From Candidatus Woesearchaeota archaeon (GTDB taxonomy: Archaea > Nanobdellota > Nanobdellia > Pacearchaeales > GW2011-AR1): DNA of 42,498 nucleotides. The translations under genes and the position numbers were made by a program. The stretch is from positions 1-42,498 of the forward strand of contig CAYHLN010000002.1 of NCBI GenBank assembly GCA_964357505.1, given 5' to 3'. A model generated the notes under the pieces. The model was given only the letters and a program-made list of their open reading frames with translations. It did not search any database and was not told the DNA's origin. Shown piece by piece: positions 26,796 to 34,768 of the stretch; within the stretch, counting starts at the first letter, position 1, and each line of letters opens with the position of its first letter.

Positions 26796-27238
26796 CAGCT
26801 CTTAAGTAACCCCTTTATCTCTTTCTTAAAATCGCTCAAGTCCGTAAAATCCCGATAAACAGAAGCAAAACGGATGTATGCGATTTTATCTGCTTTCTTA
26901 AGTTCCTTAGAAACAAGCTCGCCAATGACGCTCGTAGGTACCTCTCTACCTTTTTTCCTCACCCTCTCTTCAATATTATTTACCATTTGTTCAATCTGTT
27001 CCTCACTTATAGGGCGCTTCTCGCACGCCTTCACAATGCCTGTCTTGATCTTGTTGCGATCGAATATCGCTCGAGTACCATTCTTTTTGATAACCTTGAA
27101 GTCTCCCCATTCTACGGCCTCGCGCGTTGAAAAGCGCTTGCCACATTTTAAACATTCCCGTCTCCTTCGCGTGACCGTTTCTGAGTCTCGCTTGTCCAAA
27201 ACCTTGGTTTCTGAGTGGAGACAAAACGGACATTGCAT
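26795..27238 (-). CDS. nrdR: Transcriptional repressor NrdR (zinc ribbon + ATP-cone)
   Basis: The sequence reads MQCPFCLHSETKVLDKRDS...RRRRECLKCGKRFSTRE followed by an ATP-cone. I place the start at the ATG at 27238. The stop overlaps the nrdJ ATG by 1 nt. Confidence 0.9.
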   Translation of the reverse strand: MQCPFCLHSETKVLDKRDSETVTRRRRECLKCGKRFSTREAVEWGDFKVIKKNGTRAIFDRNKIKTGIVKACEKRPISEEQIEQMVNNIEERVRKKGREVPTSVIGELVSKELKKADKIAYIRFASVYRDFTDLSDFKKEIKGLLKS

Positions 27239-27260
27239 ACATGTAACCTCTTTATGATGA

Positions 27261-27308
27261 CCACAACCCCTTGTGTCTATACCGAGGTGTAGACACAATC
27301 TATTGTGT
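27261..27308 (-). promoter_or_regulatory. Two tandem NrdR boxes (16 bp each, 16-bp spacer)
   Basis: On the coding strand, box 1 (27308-27293) is ACACAATAGATTGTGT, a 15/16 match to acaCwAtATaTwGtgt. Box 2 (27276-27261) is ACACAAGGGGTTGTGG, with both outer half-sites conserved. Centre-to-centre spacing is 32 bp. They lie 22 nt upstream of the nrdR ATG. Confidence 0.75.
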
Positions 27309-27439
27309 TTTCTACGCTCTCAATCCCGTACACTATTTAAGCTTTTATGTGCTGCTATAAACACATGTGGTTTATTTTTAAATAAAAGTTCGTTTATGAA
27401 AATCACATACCTTATATAGAAGATCTGCCTCAAAAAAAG

Positions 27440-27667
27440 ATGCAAAGCACACTCAAGCGACATGACAAAGTCAAGCTCCTGCGCACGCCCGATCCTGAAT
27501 ATGTCGAACCCTATCGTGATCCTCCCGTGCCAATAACTACGGGCATGATGGGCACGATAAACGTGATGCTTCCCAATGGTCGTTATCATGTCCGCATCGC
27601 GGATGAAGAAGGTGAGGAGATCGCCTATGTGGTGGTAGATGAAGAAGACTTAGAAAAAATTGATTAA
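27440..27667 (+). CDS. Small hypothetical protein (75 aa, SH3-like/DUF4926-like pattern)
   Basis: A TTATATAG box lies about 25 nt upstream of the ATG. The sequence reads KVKLLRTPD...GMMGTINVMLPNGRYHVRIADEEGEEIAYVVVDEEDL. The family assignment is from memory only. Confidence 0.55.
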   Translation: MQSTLKRHDKVKLLRTPDPEYVEPYRDPPVPITTGMMGTINVMLPNGRYHVRIADEEGEEIAYVVVDEEDLEKID

Positions 27668-28785
27668 CGCAGTACCTTCAATGCTTTACTAAGTTCATGC
27701 TTTATATGTTCAATTTCCGTATCGGTAAGTGCTTTTTCTAAACTAAACCTCACTGAGCCCCTTATTTCTGCAGACGTGAGCCCTATCGCGCGCAAGCTCG
27801 CTTCTTCTTTTCCACTCTTACTCTCACATGCACTGCCTGTGGAAATATACATTCCTTTTTGAGACAGGTACGCCACAAGCAAGCGCGCATCCATTTCAGA
27901 AAAAGAGGCATGAATAATATTCGATAATCCATTGCGCGAGCCGTTAATCGTTGCCCCTAATGCTTCTAAAAGACGAATAAGCCGTTCTTTTGTGCCAACA
28001 AGTCTGAGGAACTTCTTACTATCAAATAGTTCTGCAGCTTTTGCAAAACCAACAACTCCAGGCACGTTCTCTGTCCCGCCCCTCAGCCCTCGCTCTTGCC
28101 CACCGCCGAAGATCAACGGTTCTATCTTGATTCCATCACGAACATAAAGCAAGCCAACACCCTTCGGCCCATTAATCTTATGTGCTGAAGCCGACAACAA
28201 ATCAATTTTCATCGTTCGAACGTCAATGTCAAGTTTAGCAAACGTCTGAGCAGCATCCGTATGAAACAGCACGTCATGTTTACGGCAAAGCGCTCCAACT
28301 GCCGCAATTGGCTGAATCGTACCAAGCACGTTGCTCGCATGCATCACTGATACCACGAGCGTCTGCCGACTATGTTTTTTCAGCTGATGTTCAATAAAAC
28401 TCAACTCAACAATACCTTCGCGGTTCACCGGTGCAATCACAATCGTATACCCTTGAGTCTTCAAATATTCGCACGTTTCCATAACTGCCGCATGTTCCAG
28501 TGCGCTCACCACAATACGTTTCTTTTTTGGATACGCTCGAGCAAGCCCTTGTAACGCCCAGGAGTCAGACTCGCTCGTACCAGAAGTAAAAATCAGCTCG
28601 TGAGCACGCGCACCCAGTTTCTGAGCAAGCAACGTTCGAGCGCCGACGAGGGCTTTTGCTGCACGCTCTCCAAGAGCATGCGGAGAACTCGGGTTTCCAT
28701 ACTGCTCGCTCAAATAGGGAGCCATTGCCTTGAGTACTCGGCTATCAAGCGAGCTACTCGCAGCCGTATCAAGATACAGGCTCAT
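27664..28785 (-). CDS. Cysteine desulfurase (NifS/IscS-like, PLP-dependent)
   Basis: The PLP-lysine region SASAHKINGPKG and the active-site Cys STGSACES are present. It is 373 aa. Confidence 0.9.
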   Translation of the reverse strand: MSLYLDTAASSSLDSRVLKAMAPYLSEQYGNPSSPHALGERAAKALVGARTLLAQKLGARAHELIFTSGTSESDSWALQGLARAYPKKKRIVVSALEHAAVMETCEYLKTQGYTIVIAPVNREGIVELSFIEHQLKKHSRQTLVVSVMHASNVLGTIQPIAAVGALCRKHDVLFHTDAAQTFAKLDIDVRTMKIDLLSASAHKINGPKGVGLLYVRDGIKIEPLIFGGGQERGLRGGTENVPGVVGFAKAAELFDSKKFLRLVGTKERLIRLLEALGATINGSRNGLSNIIHASFSEMDARLLVAYLSQKGMYISTGSACESKSGKEEASLRAIGLTSAEIRGSVRFSLEKALTDTEIEHIKHELSKALKVLR

Positions 28786-29164
28786 ATTCCAACGTGCAGC
28801 CGCTCAACTCGCTCAACTGCTGAAAATCCTTTTGCCCATAAGAGAACTGACCATCTAACTCCCACGCAGGCAATGAAGCCAGATTACCACATGCGAGCGC
28901 ATCGCACGACACAATTTCAATCAGATCTAACGCACGAGGGGCAAACAGCTTCTCCTGCTGCAAACACTCTGCACAGTCGCTCTTCAAATACAACACGGCA
29001 CCATGATCATTCAAGCAATGCACAAATCGAATCTGCTGGTCCTCTCCCAATGCGTAACCAGTTGTTTTGGAAAACCAATCAGTAAATACATACAAGCCAG
29101 CAATCAGCACAATCAAAACGCCAAAGGTAAGAAACGTCTTAGTGCTTGATTTCATTACTCTCAA
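28769..29164 (-). CDS. Membrane-anchored thioredoxin-fold/glutaredoxin-like protein (CxxC)
   Basis: An N-terminal TM (FLTFGVLIVLIAGLYVF) is followed by LYLKSDCAECLQQEKLF. It overlaps the desulfurase start by 17 nt. Confidence 0.6.
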   Translation of the reverse strand: MRVMKSSTKTFLTFGVLIVLIAGLYVFTDWFSKTTGYALGEDQQIRFVHCLNDHGAVLYLKSDCAECLQQEKLFAPRALDLIEIVSCDALACGNLASLPAWELDGQFSYGQKDFQQLSELSGCTLEYEPVS

Positions 29165-29207
29165 GGAACTAGGACAAATTTAAATCTATGCTGCAGCCCA
29201 TTATTAA

Positions 29208-29351
29208 ATGACAAATTTTGATGATCCCAAGATAAAGGAAATGATAGAAAAGCACCGTGAAGTTTTTGAAGATCTAGAATATTATGATAGGACAAGAATT
29301 AAGCGTTGGGAATTAAGAAAGAAAAAAAGAAGAGAATATAAGAAAACCTAA
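29208..29351 (+). CDS. Small basic hypothetical protein (47 aa)
   Basis: Translation is MTNFDDPKIKEMIEKHREVFEDLEYYDRTRIKRWELRKKKRREYKKT. The ORF is below the track cutoff and I found no convincing signals, so this is weak. Confidence 0.3.
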   Translation: MTNFDDPKIKEMIEKHREVFEDLEYYDRTRIKRWELRKKKRREYKKT

Positions 29352-29392
29352 TCTATCAGAACATTTATAAAAAGAACTCCGCTGGGTAAGCT

Positions 29393-29947
29393 ATGGCTGT
29401 ATTCCTCTGGATTATTCTTGCACTCATTGCACTCGTAGTAATTATCTTCATTTACTACTACAATAAGTTCGTTGTGCTAGCTAATCGCATTGACAACTCG
29501 CTTTCCCAAATAGATGTTCAGCTCAAGAAGCGTGCAGATTTAGTGCCAAACTTGATCAACACAGTCAAGGGATATGCAAAACACGAGAAAGAAATCATGA
29601 AAGACGTCACTGATGCGCGTAAGGCGCTTGTATCAGCAAAAACCATTGACGCTAAAGTAAAAGCTGGCTCAGAACTACAAGCAGCACTACGATCAGTATT
29701 CGCTATTGCAGAAAACTACCCTCAATTGAGAGCAAATGAAAACTTCCTACACTTACAGCAAGAACTAGCTGCAATTGAAGATAAAGTAGCCTATGCACGT
29801 CAATATTATAATGACTCAATCCTTAGCTACAATAACATGGTAGAAACCTTCCCTGGAACGTTCTTTGCAGGAATCTATGGTCATAAAGAACGCGAGTTCA
29901 TCGAAATAGCTCCTGAAGAGCGCGCAGTGCCAAAAGTTAGCTTTTGA
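29393..29947 (+). CDS. lemA: LemA family protein
   Basis: An N-terminal TM is followed by YNKFVVLANRIDNSLSQIDVQLKKRADLVPNLINTVKGYAKHEKE...NYPQLRANENFLHLQ. A TTTATAAAA box lies about 25 nt upstream. Confidence 0.9.
   Translation: MAVFLWIILALIALVVIIFIYYYNKFVVLANRIDNSLSQIDVQLKKRADLVPNLINTVKGYAKHEKEIMKDVTDARKALVSAKTIDAKVKAGSELQAALRSVFAIAENYPQLRANENFLHLQQELAAIEDKVAYARQYYNDSILSYNNMVETFPGTFFAGIYGHKEREFIEIAPEERAVPKVSF
29924..29943 (+). repeat. Direct repeat copy 1 (gcagtgccaaaagttagctt), last codons of lemA
   Basis: It is a perfect 20-bp match to 30778-30797. It encodes AVPKVSF followed by a stop. Confidence 0.9.
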
Positions 29948-29988
29948 ATAAAAAGATGGTTTTTTATAGTTAGTTAAAATATATTAAT

Positions 29989-30732
29989 ATGAGAAAAGAC
30001 ACTCTCCAAACAGCCTTAATAATCATATGCATTTCTATTTTTATTTTTGACTTTGCGTTCTATAATAATCAAGGATACATCGATTCCTTACACAAGTCTC
30101 TAAAAATAGTAATATCACTAGCTTTAGCGGTCATTCTACCACTCACTATTTTTAAAAATTTTATTTGGAGAATTTTATCATGCATACTAATTCTCATTCC
30201 GCTAACAATATTTGGAATGTGGTGGACTAATTATCCAGACGCGGGGCCTCTTGTATTTATTTTTTATTACGCACCATTAGTTTTTATTCTAGTCATTTTA
30301 GGGCATTTTACACTTAAATTATTGGAAAATTCTCCTAAACCAAAAAAATGGGCCATCGTTCTAATAATTGTTTTTATAGGCTTATTTATTTTAGCAGTCT
30401 TGAATATCTCAAGCGGTCTTGCAGACCTAGAAAGAGCCGAACTCTCTGAAAGACAAAAAGAATGTAATAGCTATATGAGTTCAGAAGAATTATCAAGTAA
30501 TTGCGCAAGACTAAAAGAATTAAATTTAGAAGAATACTATTTTAAGCTTGCTTGTGGCGAAAACTATCCTGACAAAGAATTTTGGAGGGTCTTTGCTTTT
30601 GATGATAACGGAACAGGCCATGAGGTAAGTCGTCCAAGAAACAACAATTTAGAAGAAAAAGAACAATGTTTTTCTAAAGTCAGAGAAAGATTCTCTTTTT
30701 TCAGACCAAGAGATTATATCTATAGTTATTAA
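29989..30732 (+). CDS. Hypothetical polytopic membrane protein (247 aa) with a Cys-containing soluble C-domain, carried on an AT-rich cassette
   Basis: It has about 6 hydrophobic segments. Its own TTTTTATAG box lies about 24 nt upstream. Two hand-counted 60-nt lines give 27-30% G+C, against 45% for one lemA line. Confidence 0.7.
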   Translation: MRKDTLQTALIIICISIFIFDFAFYNNQGYIDSLHKSLKIVISLALAVILPLTIFKNFIWRILSCILILIPLTIFGMWWTNYPDAGPLVFIFYYAPLVFILVILGHFTLKLLENSPKPKKWAIVLIIVFIGLFILAVLNISSGLADLERAELSERQKECNSYMSSEELSSNCARLKELNLEEYYFKLACGENYPDKEFWRVFAFDDNGTGHEVSRPRNNNLEEKEQCFSKVRERFSFFRPRDYIYSY

Positions 30733-30777
30733 TTGTTTATGATTGAATATTATATTTTCAACCAATAATTAGAAAAA

Positions 30778-30797
30778 GCAGTGCCAAAAGTTAGCTT
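30778..30797 (+). repeat. Direct repeat copy 2 (gcagtgccaaaagttagctt), orphan lemA 3'-end remnant
   Basis: It is identical to 29924-29943. It also reads AVPKVSF-stop (ttc taa versus ttt tga), but an in-frame stop lies 4 codons upstream. Confidence 0.9.
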
Positions 30798-30893
30798 CTA
30801 ATGAAACATGCTGTAGTTGCCATTATCTCAAAGCACAAATACGCTCACTAAAGCTCTAGCCTATGATACGGATTTTCGTTGAGCAGTACATCT

Positions 30894-31346
30894 TCATTTA
30901 AGTTGCTTTTCTTCAAAAAGACCCGTTTTTAATCCGTAAATCGTATGTACAATTCGGGTAATAATAAGCGCCGTGAGATAAGAAAAAATAAATGAGGCAG
31001 CACGTTCAAACCCAAAAAGAACCATCAAAGAGTAATCAGTAGAAGTTGCAAGAATGAAAAACAGGAATGCCAAGAAAACGCGGTGTCCCTGAAGAAGCCC
31101 GTAATCTCTGAAAAAAAGTTGCAATTGGCTATTCCGATAATTTGCATACCAATGCAGACCCCAAAATAAAAGACCGTCAATAAGCGCATCAATAAAAAAT
31201 GCAGAAAGTAAAATAAAAGCTATTGAGTGGTTCATACGACTTACCACCATAACAGGATATGCTGCAAGAAGGGTCGCAACCGCACTAGCAAGGAAAATAT
31301 TAAAATTAATATTGATGATTCTTTTTTTATAGAGTAAAGATACCAT
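30894..31346 (-). CDS. Hypothetical membrane protein (150 aa, about 4 TM)
   Basis: It is a hydrophobic ORF 6 nt downstream of the rhodanese gene. Confidence 0.6.
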   Translation of the reverse strand: MVSLLYKKRIININFNIFLASAVATLLAAYPVMVVSRMNHSIAFILLSAFFIDALIDGLLFWGLHWYANYRNSQLQLFFRDYGLLQGHRVFLAFLFFILATSTDYSLMVLFGFERAASFIFSYLTALIITRIVHTIYGLKTGLFEEKQLK

Positions 31347-31352
31347 GTTAAA

Positions 31353-32225
31353 TTAAGAAGAATGCCAACGCTTTTTAGATTCCTCAAAGCAAGCCGTTGA
31401 GCAACATCCTTGATGTTCATCCTTGCAACCTGGGCAAACAATAATCTGTTCATTACACTTCACGTTGCGACAATTACTGTATAAGTCGCAATCTTTTTGA
31501 CAATGTATGCAACAAGTAATGGGGTTTTCCTCATTGCCAACCCGTGAAACCATTCGATTGTCAAATACAAAACAAGAGCCCTCCCAGACAGTGTTCGGCT
31601 TCTGCTGGCAGAACGTCAAGATCCCGCCATGAAGCTGGCTAACATCAGCAAACCCGTGCTCCTTCATGTAAGCAGATGCTTTCTCACATCGAATGCCGCC
31701 CGTACAGTAGATGACCACCTTCTTATTCTTCAAATGCTCTAGCTTCTCAATGGCCTTGGGAAACTCACGAAAGTTCTTAATCGGTAACGTTAATGCATTC
31801 TTGAACTTGCCCACACGCCATTCATAATCATTACGAGTATCCAAAATAAGAGTGTTTGGATCATCACAGGCGCTCAAAAAATGATCCGGCTCAATATACG
31901 CTCCTCGTTTATTCATATCAACGCTCACGTCCATGCGGATAATCTCTTTCTTCACACGTACTAACATGCGCCTAAAGGGCGCAAACGTCCCCAGCTCTTC
32001 CTTAAAAACAATATCCGCAAAGCGCTTATCTGCCCAAAGATGTTTCTTGTATGCCTCGATCTGCTCCCTAGTACCAGAGATAGAACCATTAATGCCTTCT
32101 TTTCCAATAAGCACCTTTCCTAAAACTCCCAGCTTTTTACAGTAAGCCAGATGTTCGTCCCTAAAGCGCTTAAGCCGCGTTAAGGACACGAACTTGTAGA
32201 AGAGTATAATATGCAGATCGTCCAT
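31353..32225 (-). CDS. trhO: Rhodanese-domain protein of the UPF0176/YceA (TrhO, tRNA U34 hydroxylase) family
   Basis: It begins ILFYKF and has the rhodanese active-site loop YCTGGIRCEKAS. A Cys-rich C-terminus is present. A TTATAAAA box lies about 26 nt upstream. Confidence 0.8.
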   Translation of the reverse strand: MDDLHIILFYKFVSLTRLKRFRDEHLAYCKKLGVLGKVLIGKEGINGSISGTREQIEAYKKHLWADKRFADIVFKEELGTFAPFRRMLVRVKKEIIRMDVSVDMNKRGAYIEPDHFLSACDDPNTLILDTRNDYEWRVGKFKNALTLPIKNFREFPKAIEKLEHLKNKKVVIYCTGGIRCEKASAYMKEHGFADVSQLHGGILTFCQQKPNTVWEGSCFVFDNRMVSRVGNEENPITCCIHCQKDCDLYSNCRNVKCNEQIIVCPGCKDEHQGCCSTACFEESKKRWHSS

Positions 32226-32308
32226 AAAGTAAATGCGGAAAGCAGGCTTATAAAATTATTTCTTTCATAGAAAATCAGAGATATTCTTTCGATGCCCAAC
32301 CTTGATAA

Positions 32309-32950
32309 TTAGCCTTTTCCAACTTCCTTATAAAATTGCTCTAAGAAAAGCTCAATAAATGCATGCCGTTCCTCTGCCATTGCTTTTCCCGTAGGCGTAT
32401 TCATCAAATCCTTCAAAAGCAGTAGCTTTTCATGAAAGTGATTGATAGAAGACGTCTTAGCATGTCCTTTTGTTTTCTCAGTATATCCTTCAAAACTTGG
32501 CCTAACTGCAGGATCGTAAATAGGCACACCCTTACTTCCCCCGTAGGCAAAACAACGACCAATCCCTATGGCGCCGATCGCATCAAGCCTATCCGCATCT
32601 TGCACCACCTGCCCCTCAAGCGTTGTCATGGGAATAATCTTGGTTGCTCCCTTAAAAGATAAGGTAGCAATAATAGAACACACATGTTCAATGACGCCTT
32701 TCTCAACTCCGTATTCTTCGAGCAGCGCTCGCGTCTTTTCACCTCCCTCTTCACCAAACTTCCAATCATATAAATCATGCAAGAGCGCCGCAAGCTCAAC
32801 AATAAACAAATCAGCCCCTTCAGCTCTCCCAAGAGCGAGTGCATTTGTTACCACACGCTCAATATGCAACCAATCATGACCAGAACTATCTTTCTCCAGT
32901 TTTTGCCTAACTGTCTCTCGAATAGAGTCTAGTAACGCTGCTCGGTCCAT
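32309..32950 (-). CDS. HD-domain phosphohydrolase
   Basis: The sequence contains HDWLHIERV...LLHDLYDWK...DADRLDAIGAIG. I place the start at MDRAALL (32950). The upstream part of the track ORF overlaps the divergent gene and its promoter. Confidence 0.85.
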   Translation of the reverse strand: MDRAALLDSIRETVRQKLEKDSSGHDWLHIERVVTNALALGRAEGADLFIVELAALLHDLYDWKFGEEGGEKTRALLEEYGVEKGVIEHVCSIIATLSFKGATKIIPMTTLEGQVVQDADRLDAIGAIGIGRCFAYGGSKGVPIYDPAVRPSFEGYTEKTKGHAKTSSINHFHEKLLLLKDLMNTPTGKAMAEERHAFIELFLEQFYKEVGKG

Positions 32951-33023
32951 AAAGCTCGAACGAAAATGAATATAAAAAGCTGTGTACGCACAAAATTTAA
33001 ATAGAAACACTGTATCTAAAAGA

Positions 33024-33599
33024 ATGCAAAAAACAGGTGTTCTTTTCATTATTGCAGTTGTTTGTATGATGACGTTCGCTACGTTTGTTGATGCAGTAGG
33101 GACCAGCACGCGTCGCACAACTACCAATACGTCAGCAACAGATACTGTGCCTGTACGATGCGACACCCAAACGCAAACTCGAGATCGCATTAAATGTCGC
33201 CTCGAAAAGCGAACTGAAGCAGAAACTGATGCAATCACAGAAGAGTCCTGTGAAGGCCTATCAGCCGAACGACAAGCCACTTGCCGTAGGCTCTACCTAG
33301 AATCAGATAGCTGCTATGATCTTCCAAACACTCGAAAGGTAGCCTGCTTGCGAGAACGCACTCAATACACTCAAGAAAGCACGAACGAGCAAAGGAGAAA
33401 TTACCTTGTTCTGTTGCTCTATGAGCTGCAAGAGCGAGTTGAAATCCGCTTCGAGTCTGGGAAGTTAACGTCAGAGCAAGCAGCTTCAATCATTGATCAG
33501 ATTCTCGTTACAAAACAGGCAATCCTAAAAGGAGAGTCTCGAGTAACAATAAAAGCGGAAATACAAGAGTTACGAGTACTCTGGAGCAGTCAGGCATGA
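33024..33599 (+). CDS. Secreted Cys-containing hypothetical protein (signal peptide, 6 Cys, C-terminal helical region)
   Basis: I place the start at MQKTGVLFIIAVVCMMTFATFVDA, which is a signal-like sequence. Confidence 0.55.
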   Translation: MQKTGVLFIIAVVCMMTFATFVDAVGTSTRRTTTNTSATDTVPVRCDTQTQTRDRIKCRLEKRTEAETDAITEESCEGLSAERQATCRRLYLESDSCYDLPNTRKVACLRERTQYTQESTNEQRRNYLVLLLYELQERVEIRFESGKLTSEQAASIIDQILVTKQAILKGESRVTIKAEIQELRVLWSSQA

Positions 33600-33793
33600 A
33601 AACCGCTACGATTATTGCAATTGTTGTCATAGTAATTATCATAGCAGGAGCGATCTTTATGATGGTTGACCGAGACGTTCCTTCAGTCAACAGCAATACC
33701 GAAGAAACACCACAAACGCAGCAGGAGCCTGCGTTTGAAGAAGATGCGGACGTCTTTTCTGAGATCGACATGACCTCTGACTCGATAGAGTGA
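33596..33793 (+). CDS. Small single-TM protein with an acidic tail (65 aa)
   Basis: It overlaps the preceding gene by ATGA. The TM segment is IIAIVVIVIIIAGAIFMMV. Confidence 0.5.
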   Translation: MKTATIIAIVVIVIIIAGAIFMMVDRDVPSVNSNTEETPQTQQEPAFEEDADVFSEIDMTSDSIE

Positions 33794-33832
33794 CCTACAT
33801 AGCTTTTTTAAATTACCTTTCCACTAACACTC

Positions 33833-34735
33833 ATGGCTGAACGCATATCATTTGAAGATCAAATCACTAAAAATAAGATAAAATCCTGGATTTTGATAGC
33901 AGTAGTCCTTGTCTTCTTCATAGCACTAGGCTACATCATCGCCCTCGTCGTAGATCCAAGCTATTTCTTTATCATCATGATTGTCTCCATTATATTCTCC
34001 CTTGGATATACGCTCATCAGTTACTATAACTCACACAAGATTGCGCTTGCTTCAGTTCGAGCCAAGCCAGCATCGCCAAGCCAGCATCGAACATTCTTCA
34101 TAGCAGCAGAGAACATGGCTCTTGCGTCAGGCTTGCCGGTGCCAAAGCTCTATGTCATGGAATCGAGCGAGATCAACGCATTTGCATCAGGCCGCGACCC
34201 ACAGCATGCAATTATCTGCGTCACCACAGGCACGCTTGAAAAGCTCACGAAGCAAGAGCTTGAAGGAGTTATTGCACATGAAATGTCACATATTGCAAAC
34301 TTCGATATTCGCTACATGACGCTCACTGCCGTCCTGATTGGTATGATCTCCATTATCGCTGAAATGTTCTTACGCACGATGTGGATCTCCAGCTCAGGCG
34401 AGCGCGAAGGCCGAGCAGGCGCCATTTTACTCATTATCGGACTTCTCTTCGCGATTCTTGCGCCTATCGCAGCAAATCTCGTGCAGCTAGCCATTTCTCG
34501 TAAAAGAGAGTATCTTGCCGATGCAACAGGTGTCAAGCTTACACGCTACCCCCCAGGCCTTGCTAGCGCGCTAAAGAAGATTAAACATGAGCACGTTTCA
34601 ACGCAAGAACTCAAACGATTTAATCATGCGCTCGCACCACTCTTCATTTCAGATCCATTCAAGCGCAATCTCAAGGGCTTGTTCGCCACGCACCCCGATA
34701 TTAATGAAAGAATTAGGCGCCTTGAAGCAATGTAA
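33833..34735 (+). CDS. htpX: HtpX-like M48 zinc metalloprotease
   Basis: The HEMSHI motif and 4 TM segments are present. The C-terminus reads THPDINERIRRLE. Confidence 0.92.
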   Translation: MAERISFEDQITKNKIKSWILIAVVLVFFIALGYIIALVVDPSYFFIIMIVSIIFSLGYTLISYYNSHKIALASVRAKPASPSQHRTFFIAAENMALASGLPVPKLYVMESSEINAFASGRDPQHAIICVTTGTLEKLTKQELEGVIAHEMSHIANFDIRYMTLTAVLIGMISIIAEMFLRTMWISSSGEREGRAGAILLIIGLLFAILAPIAANLVQLAISRKREYLADATGVKLTRYPPGLASALKKIKHEHVSTQELKRFNHALAPLFISDPFKRNLKGLFATHPDINERIRRLEAM

Positions 34736-34768
34736 TAGTAAAACGGTTCCGCGTTTCAGAAAGATAGA

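Noticed and set aside
27239-27298. A 20-codon N-terminal extension of nrdR.
   Set aside because: NrdR proteins begin at the zinc ribbon (MxCPxC). The extension would translate through the NrdR boxes.
31241-31453. A 70-aa minus-strand ORF bridging the trhO and 150-aa membrane genes.
   Set aside because: It overlaps both better-supported genes out of frame and has no start signals.
32951-33280. An N-terminal 110-aa extension of the HD-hydrolase ORF (track ORF 32309-33280).
   Set aside because: The extension overlaps the divergent secreted-protein gene and the AT-rich promoter spacer. The HD-domain homology starts at MDRAALL (32950).
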